A stretch of 64,000 nucleotides of DNA from Epithemia pelagica (lineage: Eukaryota; Protista; Bacillariophyta). Shown piece after piece: positions 43,052 to 53,758 of this stretch (within the stretch, counting starts at the first letter, position 1; every line of letters starts with the position of its first letter). The stretch is from contig OX337228.1 in NCBI GenBank assembly GCA_946965045.2, forward strand, positions 3,844,001 to 3,908,000. The letters are read 5' to 3'. A program made the translations under genes and the position numbers. The notes under the pieces are model-generated. The model worked only from the letters and a program-made list of their open reading frames with translations, had not been told where the DNA came from and ran no database searches.

Positions 43052-43661
43052 TTTTGATAAGAGCTTGAGACCTTTTCTGCTTTCTATTATGTTCGTCGTC
43101 ATGCCTGGTACCGACACGTCATGATTCGTGACTCCATACCATTATGCAGTCTTGTCTTGCCTGAAGAGTTTTGGCTGGGCGTTTGGGTGTTGGGAGTTGG
43201 GACGTGTTTTAAAGCCCGATGTCGCTGTGACAGTTTTGCTTTTACCCAAAGGATAGTTTGCAGTCATCCCGACTTGGGCCAAGGCGACCCACCCCGATTC
43301 CCAAGATGCTTTCGTTTGTGGAGTTTTTTTTCCTCGGTATACTCTCCGCTTTTCTTGTGTCGCTGCTGCGGTGTACTTCTGCCGCTTTTTCGTCCAGACA
43401 GTGCTTCAAGGACGTTGTTGATCTCACTGCACCTTTGTTCGACTCTTTGTTTGATTCTTTAAGATATCCTTTGTCTAACCAGGTGGAGGTAGTAACAGGT
43501 TGCCTTGATTCGGTGATTGAGAAAGGTTAGAAAGTCGGAAGGACTCATTGTTCTTTTTTGTTTGTTTCCGTGGGTGTGGTAGATTCACTCTCATTTTTAT
43601 ATCTCCCTCTTTATGATTACTCTCAGAGTAATAAGTGCTTGTTCCTTTCATATCTGATACC

Positions 43662-46600
43662 ATGTCGTCTCATGGGGATTTGAATGGACACGAAGCTGGC
43701 TATGCGAGTCGAGCAAGTGCTGCAGCTGCGGGGGCTGAAATAGATCCAAACCCTGCTCCGATAGAGCTCCTGAATTTTGAAGCTGATTTGATTGCAAGCA
43801 TGTCGCCTATTCGATTGGCCACTGCGCGTGCCGGTGATGAGAGTAAACCAAAAGCTCGGTCGAACGACGATGCAATGGAAGACAACGACGCCTACTTTGA
43901 CGACGAGATGATGGCGAGTAAAATGCCTGCCAACAGTGTTCCTGCAGCGGCTTCTGCCGCCGTCGCTAACACATCAAATGATGTCTCGCCTGTGGCTACT
44001 TCTCCGGCTTTTGCTGCCGCAGCTTCCGCCGACGGAAGTTCGTGGAAAGATGATTATAGTACCGGTGGAAAAGATGAAGATGATTTTGCACAATCAAATG
44101 CCCCTCCTCATGAACAAGAGGCTTTTGGAATCGAAGCTCATGTTTCTAAGAAGCAAGTACCACCGCAAGTTGCTGCCTCATCGCACGTTGCAGCTGCCAA
44201 AGAGCCGTCAAGTTCGCCCCCTTTTGTATCAGATGGCACAAATGAGGATCAAGAAAGCAACCTGGATACTGGAGCCACCAAACCTGGAGCTGTTTCTGTA
44301 GGTGCGGGGGCTGCAGCGCTTTCGCAGATGGAGCAAGATATCATTGCAAAGCAAATGAGTGGTGGTAGCTCCCGACTTCTACAAATGGAACAAGACGTTG
44401 TAGCAAAACAAGAAGCAAATCGTGGTTCACCAGCGGTCTTGCCCGGAGCTGTCGCTGTTGGTGGCTCTCCGTTGTCGCAACTGGAACAAGATGTCTTAGC
44501 AAAACAACAAGCCAGTGAACGTTCCGGGGAGCTAACACCTGGAGTTGTTGCCGTCGGAGGCTCTCAGCTTTCTCAAATGGAACGGGATGTCGCGGCAAAA
44601 CAGCGGGCAGGGAGTGCAATGTCAAGCAGCCCCGGGGCAATTGCTGTTGGTGGAGCTCAACTCTCTCAAATGGAGCAGGATGTTGCAGCCAAGGAAGGCG
44701 TCAACCAGCTTTCATTGGGTGATGATCGAAGAACCATGACAGTTGGAGGCTCTCAGCTTTCTCAAATGGAGCAAGATGTAGTCTCCAAACAGCGAGCGAG
44801 TCAAAGTTCCTTTGACGTTGCTCCTGGAGCAGTGGCAGTTGGAGGATCTCAGCTTTCTCAAATGGAGCAAGATGTAATCTCCAAACAGCGAGCGAGTCAA
44901 CGTTCCTTTGACGTTGCACCTGGAGCAGTGGCAGTTGGAGGCTCTCAGCTTTCTCAAATGGAAGGGGATGTTGCGGCTAAACAGCGAGGAGATTCATTTG
45001 CTGTGGGTGGACCTCAGCTGTCGCAAATGGAGCAAGACGTTGCTGCGAAAAGCAATTCAGCTGGAGGCACTACCCTCTCACAGTTGGAACAGGATGTGAC
45101 AGCGAAACGCCAAGCAAGCCAACCTGGAGCTATGGCAAATGAAAGAGCTCAACTTTCCCAGCTCGAAGAAGATGTTGCTGCGAAACATGGAGGACTCGCT
45201 AATGCGGCTGTTCTTGCACCTGGGGCATTGCTTGTAACTGCGGCCACTGGCCCCGGGGCTTCCTCGGAACTCAATACGATGGAGGATGTTGTGAACCAAA
45301 AGAATCAGTTTGGATCGATGGGCACTGGTCAATCAGAGCTCACATCTCTGGAAGATGCTCTTTTTAACAAGGCTCAAGTCGACAACGGCAGAGAAGCATC
45401 TGGTGTTCTAAGCGAAGTGGCTGACAAATCTGGTTTTGGGGAAGGGTCATTCCCTGAAGCTCCAAAGGCTCTGGAACCTGAACAAGCTCCCAAAGGCAAT
45501 GACCAAATGGGATCAGGAGTTGCGGCTGGTGTGGCCCCAGATGTGGAGTACGGTGTTGACGAACCAAACTACGAGGGACTGGCTGTCGCAACACCAGTAA
45601 GAGACGAAGAGGAGGATGCACACATCCAACCAGCGATCGAATACGATCCAGATGCAAAACAGCCTCTAAGCACGTACCGCCGCCGCCGCTTTAGATTATA
45701 CGCGTTTCTTGCGTTTTTCGCGCTGGTTGCTGCAGCCGTTGGAGCAGTGATTGGTGTTGTGGTGAAGGATAATAGCAAAAGCGAGTCATCGTCGACCAGC
45801 TACCGCGAGACTCTGGGCATAAAGGAGCGCATTCAACGTCTCGTGGGAATCGAAGAACTGGATGACCCTGAATCTCCATACGCCAAGGCCCTTGAATGGA
45901 TTACCCATGATGACCCCTTTGAGGTTGTTCCGGATTCACCCAACTTCATTCAACGATATATCTGTGTGTACTTTTACTTTGCCACAACCATTGAGGGACC
46001 ATGGAGGTCCTGTAACCCGCCTGGAGAAGGTGATCCGGACTTTTGCGCTTTCAGCAAGTTGGCGAATGTGGATCCGCCTGCCTACAGGGAATTTTCGTGG
46101 ACACGTTGGTTGACTGGTCGGCATGAATGTGCCTGGGCGGGGCTTGCCTGTGATGATGCGCTTCAAATCCGTGCAGTTGAAATCAGTACGTACCGCATGT
46201 TTCTTTGTAGTAACTGTTGTGTCGATGTATCTCATTCTGCTTTGTTTGTGACAGGTGGCCAGGAGATGTCGGGTACATTTCCAGCTGGATTGAAGCATAT
46301 GCCTTTCCTGCAGTCGGTTGCTTTAATTGCAAACTCGTTGAAAGGTCCTCTTCCTCCTGATCTAATGGAGATGAAGTACCTTGTGAATTTGGAACTTCAT
46401 TTTAACGAGTTTACAGGCCCCATACCGGAAGAATGGTGGAATGCGCAAAACCTGGGTCGTCTCAATCTCATTCAAAACCTGCTTACTGGCACAATTTCGT
46501 CCAAAATCGCAAATATGCAAGACTTGGGTGCCTTGTATCTGGATGGCAACAGACTTAAGGGCACGATTCCTAAGGAGATTGGGAAACTTTCGACGCTTCG

Positions 46601-47165
46601 CTTCATGCGGCTTGGAAACAACGAACTCGATGGCTCTATTCCCGAAGAGATGGGTGGCATGGCCAGCATTGAATCACTTAGACTTCAATCTAACAAGTTG
46701 AGTGGTGATTTACCCGACATGTTTCAGAACATGACGAGTCTTAATGACTTCAGAGTTCAGGATAACGTTGACCTTGGTGGACCCCTCCCTGATTCATTCT
46801 TCCAAATGTCGCTGCTTCGCCGTATGGACTTTCGAGGCTGTCAATTCTCCGGTCCTCTAACCCCACGTCCAGAATGGACTAAATTCTCGAGACTGTTGGA
46901 ATTGCTATTAACGGGTAATCCATTCAGTGGCCCATTCCCTGAAGAAATCAAAAGTCTACGGAGGCTTCGCACTATTCAAGTCGCAGGAACAGATCTTACC
47001 GGAAACTTCCCGCAGGAGATATGTGACATGCTCGGTAACAACGTTGATGTTGTTTCGGGATTGGAAGCAAACTGCCGAGAAGACGTTCCCAATGGACCAG
47101 AGCTCAATTGTACGTGTTGCGGCACATGTTGCGATACCAACGGAGAAAATTGTCTCGTACAGTAA
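43662..47165 (+). CDS. Single-pass membrane LRR protein with N-terminal GAVAVGG/SQLSQMEQDV repeats; probable 69-nt in-frame intron 46186-46254
   Basis: Repeated QLSQMEQDVxAKQ units, RRRRF followed by a hydrophobic TM segment, then plant-specific-type LRRs (LxLxxNxLxGxIP) and a C-terminal Cys cap CTCCGTCC. Confidence 0.88.
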   Translation: MSSHGDLNGHEAGYASRASAAAAGAEIDPNPAPIELLNFEADLIASMSPIRLATARAGDESKPKARSNDDAMEDNDAYFDDEMMASKMPANSVPAAASAAVANTSNDVSPVATSPAFAAAASADGSSWKDDYSTGGKDEDDFAQSNAPPHEQEAFGIEAHVSKKQVPPQVAASSHVAAAKEPSSSPPFVSDGTNEDQESNLDTGATKPGAVSVGAGAAALSQMEQDIIAKQMSGGSSRLLQMEQDVVAKQEANRGSPAVLPGAVAVGGSPLSQLEQDVLAKQQASERSGELTPGVVAVGGSQLSQMERDVAAKQRAGSAMSSSPGAIAVGGAQLSQMEQDVAAKEGVNQLSLGDDRRTMTVGGSQLSQMEQDVVSKQRASQSSFDVAPGAVAVGGSQLSQMEQDVISKQRASQRSFDVAPGAVAVGGSQLSQMEGDVAAKQRGDSFAVGGPQLSQMEQDVAAKSNSAGGTTLSQLEQDVTAKRQASQPGAMANERAQLSQLEEDVAAKHGGLANAAVLAPGALLVTAATGPGASSELNTMEDVVNQKNQFGSMGTGQSELTSLEDALFNKAQVDNGREASGVLSEVADKSGFGEGSFPEAPKALEPEQAPKGNDQMGSGVAAGVAPDVEYGVDEPNYEGLAVATPVRDEEEDAHIQPAIEYDPDAKQPLSTYRRRRFRLYAFLAFFALVAAAVGAVIGVVVKDNSKSESSSTSYRETLGIKERIQRLVGIEELDDPESPYAKALEWITHDDPFEVVPDSPNFIQRYICVYFYFATTIEGPWRSCNPPGEGDPDFCAFSKLANVDPPAYREFSWTRWLTGRHECAWAGLACDDALQIRAVEISTYRMFLCSNCCVDVSHSALFVTGGQEMSGTFPAGLKHMPFLQSVALIANSLKGPLPPDLMEMKYLVNLELHFNEFTGPIPEEWWNAQNLGRLNLIQNLLTGTISSKIANMQDLGALYLDGNRLKGTIPKEIGKLSTLRFMRLGNNELDGSIPEEMGGMASIESLRLQSNKLSGDLPDMFQNMTSLNDFRVQDNVDLGGPLPDSFFQMSLLRRMDFRGCQFSGPLTPRPEWTKFSRLLELLLTGNPFSGPFPEEIKSLRRLRTIQVAGTDLTGNFPQEICDMLGNNVDVVSGLEANCREDVPNGPELNCTCCGTCCDTNGENCLVQ

Positions 47166-47382
47166 CCGGCAGGGACTAAGATAGAAAGCTCGATCGCAAT
47201 GAATACTGGTGATAGTCGAATTTATACTTTACACTCCAGTGCTTATCTGCTACCTCGTCTTCGGGTGGACTCCGTCGAAGGACTCAAGGTTTTAGTCACA
47301 TACGAGCATAGAGCTGAAAGGAACAAAACATTTCTGATACCACACTGTCCATAGCTGAAAGAGGACAACGAGTAGGGGCGCG

Positions 47383-47853
47383 TTACTTTCCGTTTATTGC
47401 GTCTTTCCATGTCTTGGACGGCGTAAAGGAAGGGCTCTTGGAGGCAGGGATGATCAGTTCTTCGCCAGTTTGGGGGTTCCTTCCTTTTCGTTCCGAGCGA
47501 TCCTTCAAGGTGAAGGATCCAAATCCAGGGAACGCAATTTTCTTTCCTTGGCCAACTTGTTCTTGAATAATTCCGAGCACTGTTTGCAACGACGCTTCGG
47601 CATCCTTTTTGGAGACGCCCGTTCTCTCGGCGAGCGCAGCAACAAATTCGGACTTTTTGAAAGCTTCTGGCGATGGCGTTTCTTTCTTAGTACTTTTCTT
47701 TGTCGACAACAAAAAGGTCGCAGGTCGAACGTCTATCTGAAAGCAAGCAACTTCTCCTTGACTGCTTCCGGTTCTCGGTTGACAAAGAAATGCGCCAGCG
47801 GCTCTAATCATCAAAAGCATACACCATAGGTAAAGTGAGACCCTCATCCCCAT
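47383..47853 (-). CDS. hup: Bacterial-type histone-like HU protein, plastid-targeted
   Basis: KSEFVAALAERTGVSKKDA, FPGFGSF, RKGRNPQTGEELIIPASKSPSF. Signal peptide followed by AGA-F (ASAFAP-like). Confidence 0.9.
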   Translation of the reverse strand: MGMRVSLYLWCMLLMIRAAGAFLCQPRTGSSQGEVACFQIDVRPATFLLSTKKSTKKETPSPEAFKKSEFVAALAERTGVSKKDAEASLQTVLGIIQEQVGQGKKIAFPGFGSFTLKDRSERKGRNPQTGEELIIPASKSPSFTPSKTWKDAINGK

Positions 47854-48393
47854 TGTCGAAGAAAAGGCTTTTAAGTCCAACAACGAAGATGATACAGATC
47901 CACCCGAAGTATCTTTGGTGTCCTGTGTCCATCAAAACATAGAATCGGCCACAAGGAAAAGCAGAAGGCTTTTCCTCCGCCATTCAATTGCGAGTTCTGC
48001 ACTGACCACTGACCATCGTCAAATCATGCGACTGATGATGCGACTGGATACCCTATCGCTTAGGGATGTAAGGCACGACAGACCGGAGAAAGCAGTTTGT
48101 GGGGTAACAGAAAGTGTATTCAGGTTATCATTGACTCTTCCACCTCCTTCCACCCCACATGGACAAGAGTTCTCGAGGTCCACACAAACACTCATGGCCA
48201 CCACAGCCGAACAGACGTCACATGAGTCACCCATCACAATCCCCGCCAGCAAAACTGATCAATCAATATCAACAATCACCACAACAGAGAGAACAGGCGA
48301 GTGAACAAGCGCTCTTTGTAGTCACAATCGATTGTCACCTCCTCCCAAGTATACCGTTTGGTTTATATTGCATCTTTATCCCTCGGTTATAGA

Positions 48394-49265
48394 ATGATTT
48401 CCACACGAGCAGTCCTCCTGGAGCTTTTGTTGTTGGCGTATAGCACAAGCGGCTTTTCTCCGCTGCCATACAACACGCATTCGGTACGTTTGTCAAAGAA
48501 TTTAGACGATGTGGACGTTCTTGAGCGCGTCTGCAAGATATGAGAACTCTGGAATTGTACATTATCCATCGCGAAAGTCGAGGATCTTTGTTGTCTACTG
48601 GATTGAATCGATTGTTTCGTGATCCGTATCGCTGATGGCTGTGATTGTGATGGGTGGGTGTGGGATGTCACCGGCGTTGACTAGTGCTAACTTTCTCATA
48701 TTTTTTATTTTTCTTTTGTTAGGCTCTTCAACAGATGCAGAGATTCCAACCGCTTATGGCTGATATCAGTGACTCATTGGAAGACGACGAGGACTTTGGG
48801 GATATTGACTCTCCGCCCGCGGACGACTATATTGTCAATGTAGGAGAGCTTGAAGAAGACGATGATGATGAAGCCGTCGGTGTTGAAGACGATGGTGAAC
48901 CACCTGCGTGGGCAGTCTCACAACAACGTATCCAAGAGCTTCGGGAGAAGTACCGGCGACACGATAAGGATACCGGTAGTCCGGAATACCAGGTTGCCGG
49001 CATGACCGAACGAATTAGCTACTTGACCAAGCACTTGCAAACCCACCCCAAAGACTTTTCTACTCGTCGTGGTCTCGTTGCCTTGGTCAACAAGCGAAGA
49101 CGTCTTCTCAATTACCTCTTCCGCGAAGATATTGAACGCTACAAGGCACTTGTTTCGAGCTTGGGTGTGCGTCACAGAGCACCAGGACGTGTCGAGAATC
49201 GTGATGAAAAGTATTCTCGCTTCCCGAAACAAAAAGCTGTCAAAAAGCACCTTGTCAAGAAGTGA
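48394..49265 (+). CDS. rps15: Ribosomal protein uS15, plastid-targeted (spliced; exon limits approximate)
   Basis: DTGSPEYQVAGMTERISYLTKHLQTHPKDFSTRRGLVALVNKRRRLLNYL. Upstream exon encodes a signal peptide plus TSG-F. Acceptor at about 48722. Confidence 0.85.
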
Positions 49266-49574
49266 GCTTCTATGGTGTGTTGCAATTCTTTCCTCTTTAT
49301 CTCTAACCTAGTCACCCGTATTATGGACATAGTTCCTCCAGATCCGAATATGCTTTTCGTGATTTTTAATCGGATCTGGACTATTTGTAGGCTCAGTAAT
49401 TCAATACAGCAGTAAGCCTTATTTATTCATTCCGCGTAATTTTTCAAAGCAACTCTAGCAACATTAATACATGTATTTTGAATAAACTCCAACAACTGTT
49501 GGCCATACAGAAACCGGGCAGGACATTTCAACCTATTTCAACACTTGAACACAAGCGCGTTCGGAACGCGACGC

Positions 49575-52014
49575 TCACGTCTGCGCAGACTCCGTGGTCA
49601 AATTTTCGACAAGTTCTGCCAGTTCGAGCCATCGGTTTTCTTTCCCTTCCAATTCTTCGGTGTACTGATTAAGCTTGTCTGTCAAGTCCGCCAAGACCGA
49701 CCACCCCTCGTCTCCTCGCTCGTCAATCTCGGATTGAACTTCGGCCGCTTTAGCTTTAATCCTTTCCATGGCCTTTTCGAGGTTGTCGATGTCCTTCTTA
49801 GCTTGCCTTAACGTGTTCCGTTGCTCATTGCGCTTTGCACGATCTTCCTTGTACGACACTTTCTTGTCGTTTGACTCCGAACCCATATTCAAGTTCCGGT
49901 CAACTCCTTCTGTTTCAATCTCGATTAACGTGGAGGCATACTCTGAGAGAGTTCCAGGGAAATCTTTCACTTCACCGTTACCTTTCCAAGCAGACGGAGA
50001 ATCAGTTGCCTGTTCCCCGGGTACAAAGTTGACACTCTCTATTTGACGTACCTTCAAAGATGAATAGGTGATCTGTGACTTTATCCGCAAATGATCTGTC
50101 ATGACTCACAACAATCAAAACTCCCTGAAAATCTTGCAAGTACTGTTCAAGTGCTGTCAACGTATCCAAGTCGCAGTCCACCGATGGTTCGTCCATGACA
50201 AGGAAATTCGGCCGGAGACTCAATACTTGCAACATTTGTAATCGTCGCCTCTCGCCTCCAGACAAAGCCGTCACACGTTCATTCCATCTCTGTTTTGGAA
50301 ATTCAAACTGACGAAGCAATTTACGGGCCTCATCGGGAGCTTTGGCAGCGGCTGCAAAATCGTCATCGCGACTCTGCACCGCTTCGAGCACAAACTGCAA
50401 GACTGTTTGTTCTGGGTCGTTAATCCTGATCCCCTTCTGGTCGTATACACCCATCACAATAGTTTCTCCCGTATCAATCGTCCCAGAATCGAATGGGATC
50501 TCACCGGTTAGACACCTATATGAGTTGGTCTTGTGAGATTTCAAACGTTCCGCCCTCCCTCCCCCTGTATGTTTCGTCCAATAAATCTACGTACCCCACA
50601 AATGTCGTCTTGCCAGCCCCATTAGCCCCTGCAATACATATGCGATCTTTAGCCAAGAAGTCATATGAGAAGTCCTTCAGCATGATGCGGTCACCAAATT
50701 TTAAATTGACATTTCTCATAGATAGAATCTTTCCACCAAGCCTCCGCGTTTCAGTGGAGAGGCTAAGTGATGGGTCTTTGGGCATGGGCTTCGTTGCGGC
50801 CTCAAGTCTGTAGAAGGCGTCAATGCGGGCCTTTTGTTTCGTTTCCCGTGCTTGGGGTTGACGCCTCATCCATTCTAGCTCTACGCGGTACTTGTTCTTC
50901 GCTGCTTGATGTGCAGCTTCCTCTCTCTGTAAGCGATCTTCTTTTGCAGATAGATAGTTAGAATATGAACCAACGTATTCATAAAGACTTCCATTGTCAA
51001 GCTCTAAGATACGGTCACATACATCATCAAGGAAAGCTCTGTCATGGGTCACCATCAAAATTGTCAATTTCGATGTTCCTTTGAGAAGAACATCAGAAAG
51101 CCATTGAACTCCAGCAAGACTTAGAAAGTTCGTTGGTTCGTCCAGAAGTAGTACGTCCGGTTCCTGGACAAGAGCAGTCGCTAACGCCACTCGCTTGCGC
51201 TCTCCCCCTGATAGATTTGCTAACGTCTGGTCATAAAGATGACGAACCCGAAGCTTCGTTGCGACTTCTTCCGCTCGTGTCATGACATCCCATCCATTAA
51301 ATTGTTCCATTGAAGCAGCCGCTTGTGCAAAAGCGTCGGGGTCATCCTCGGCATGCTGGGAGGCATGACGGTAGAGCCGAACAGCTGAATACACGTTCTG
51401 TGGTCTCTCTTTCACCATAGCATCGTTGGTCTTTTCGCTCGCCAAACCCAGTAATGCATCTTCTACCGTTAGTTCAGCCTGGTAGGCAGGTTCCTGCTCG
51501 ACGTAGGCGATCCTGAGACTCCGTGGAGCTGTTATTTGTCCGTCATACTTGAAATTCAGCGCTGCAGACTGTTGGTCCACACTTACTGCCGTTGCAAGTA
51601 TCCGAAGAAACGTCGATTTACCTAGGGAAATCATCATGTGATTTTGAGATTGCCTGGAAAGTGTGGAAATCTTTTCGTCAACAGTTACGAACCTGCACCA
51701 TTCCTGCCTACTAACGCAACTCGAGAACCTTGGGGAAGGACATACGAGACTTCTTTCAGTTGCCATGTTTCTCCACCATTATGACTGCATGAGAGATTTT
51801 CGACTTGTATGGCAGCAGGTCCTGTCGGTTGCACTTGAGATGGAGAGCTGCACAGAGATGTTGAAGATAAACGCTTCATGTTAAGTGCCCCTGATAATTT
51901 CGGACCAATTGACGCTGTCCATGAAGCCGTAGTTTCAAGAAGAAGGAAAATCGTAATGATTTTGAGACAACCTTCGAAGTTGCGAAAAGCGGAGATCCGT
52001 CGAACTTGATCCAT
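49575..52014 (-). CDS. uup: ABC-F family ATPase (Uup-like), multi-exon, probable plastid presequence
   Basis: Two ABC domains (GRNGAG..KST, LSGGERKR, LLLDEPTN; GANGAGKT, LSGGERRR, VMDEPS). Linker WMRRQPQARETKQKAR. C-terminal coiled coil. Confidence 0.9.
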
Positions 52015-52375
52015 AATATTTTTCTTTTCGCGCCTTCAGGAGCTGTCACAAAACCCTATCTAAGGTCAGCTTGAGCTGGACCCATCAGCCATCAAATGAA
52101 GAAAAAGTATCGCCACAGAACGAGCGGACACCACAAACCTCGAATGGCAAGGCGATTGGAGTAGGAGATGGAACGAAGCCCAAAAGTACTACCTATCTAT
52201 GCTACCCCTCTACCACGAAAAGAGAAGACGGAATGGAGTAGGAGCCCGATCTATTCTACCCCCTCCTCTACCACGAAAAGAGAACCTTTTACCTGCTCCT
52301 ACTAGAGGCTATCCTGTGTTCATCCGAAATCCGAAGAGAATTGGAGATCTAAAAATAGTGTAGTTTATTGCCTGA

Positions 52376-53455
52376 TCAATCACCTATGCCATAGAACCGA
52401 AGAGCATTTTTGGCAAATATTGCGTTTCTCTCCTCTTGAGATAAGTTTGTAGGCAAGAGGCGAGAGAGTACGATAATCCATTCCAAAGGATTGGGTCCCT
52501 CTTCCATTTCCCCCGAGGAATCGGAAATACTCGGGGAAAGGTACCAATTGAGAGCCGCAATACAACGGTGAGGACCAAACCACCCGAGAACTAACTCTAG
52601 CAGCCCCTTTAGCACTTGTTGTCGCTCGCTCTTCGTATGCCAATCAGGAACAACACGCCCCAGCATGGAGAGTTTTACCGTTACCTGGGGTAGCTTTGAT
52701 ATTTCTTCCATGCCATGCTTCCACAACTCAATCTGTTCGTGATTTACTGCCAATGATTCTTCATTTTTATCGTCCGCACGCAAGTAATACCTCAAACTTC
52801 CAAAATGATTTATGCATACAGGAACATTTGGGTACTTTCTAAGTATTTTTGCAGCTTGCGGGAGTTGGTATGGAGAACATTGAAGATCAAACGAAAGGCC
52901 AAACTCATCCAAGCATCCAAAGCCTTCTTCAAATGAAGGAACTTGTAGGTAATTGATGGTTCCAAACTTTTCCACTGAGTGGCGAGTGGTTCCAATGTGT
53001 GTCACGGTGCCGGGGACGTATTCTTGATCATTTTCATGGGAGACATCTAGAATCCATCGAATTCCTCGAACTAACGGAGAGCATTCTTTCAGTTTGGAGA
53101 GCTCAGCAATAACTGTTTCTCTTGGTTGCGTCAAATCACAAGATGCGATGATTGCTTTCACCATCGAGTTTTTCATCGCCGAAGACGTCAACCATGTGAG
53201 TTCCTCCATGCCATTGTCAGGCATTGCTTCAACGTGTACCGCCCCACAGAATGATAGCTGAGGATGATTTGAAATGGGTCTGACGACATCGCGTTCGTAG
53301 TCATCAGGTAGATATTGTTGGTCGTTGCCAGCAATGGACGCTAAAAAACTGTTAAATGATCTGCAATCGCCAGTTGGAGTTGTATCCAGAAAGTGCTGAT
53401 GTGCGTCCACAAATAAAGTGGGTAAAAGCGTGTTGTTTTGAGGAGTCTCCGTCAT
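52376..53455 (-). CDS. Amidohydrolase family protein (L-fuconolactonase-like / Amidohydro_2)
   Basis: FVDAHQHF, AVHVEA, VRGIR, GLSFDL, CINHFG, VKLS, FGPHRC, IFAKNALRFY. Confidence 0.8.
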   Translation of the reverse strand: MTETPQNNTLLPTLFVDAHQHFLDTTPTGDCRSFNSFLASIAGNDQQYLPDDYERDVVRPISNHPQLSFCGAVHVEAMPDNGMEELTWLTSSAMKNSMVKAIIASCDLTQPRETVIAELSKLKECSPLVRGIRWILDVSHENDQEYVPGTVTHIGTTRHSVEKFGTINYLQVPSFEEGFGCLDEFGLSFDLQCSPYQLPQAAKILRKYPNVPVCINHFGSLRYYLRADDKNEESLAVNHEQIELWKHGMEEISKLPQVTVKLSMLGRVVPDWHTKSERQQVLKGLLELVLGWFGPHRCIAALNWYLSPSISDSSGEMEEGPNPLEWIIVLSRLLPTNLSQEERNAIFAKNALRFYGIGD

Positions 53456-53758
53456 CTTTTGTACATGCTGTTTTGGCGTTTTGCTAACATCAGGAGTTGT
53501 GGTCCTTTCTAGTCGGCGCTCTTGGAAATCTTGGGCTTGGGGATTTTCTTGGATGGGGGTCTCAAAGAACGCCCATGATCTTATCGCTCGGTATTGTGGG
53601 AGTAGTACTAGTCGGTCAATAGTAACTCACGTAAAACTCAGCGATACGTGTGTGTGTGCGGGATCAGAGGATATCAGAAATCTTCAACAGATAGAGGAAT
53701 TGGCCTACTCATGTAGCAGAATAAACATCATACACTTCTTAGTTAAACGTTTTCATGG

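Noticed and set aside
46186-46254. Apparent 23-aa insertion in the LRR protein
   Set aside because: Has GT...AG ends and length 69; best read as an in-frame intron.
52150-52290. Imperfect duplication (TGGAGTAGGAG and CCTCTACCACGAAAAGAGAA each twice) upstream of the ABC-F gene
   Set aside because: Only two units with no spacer architecture; an ordinary local duplication, not CRISPR-like.
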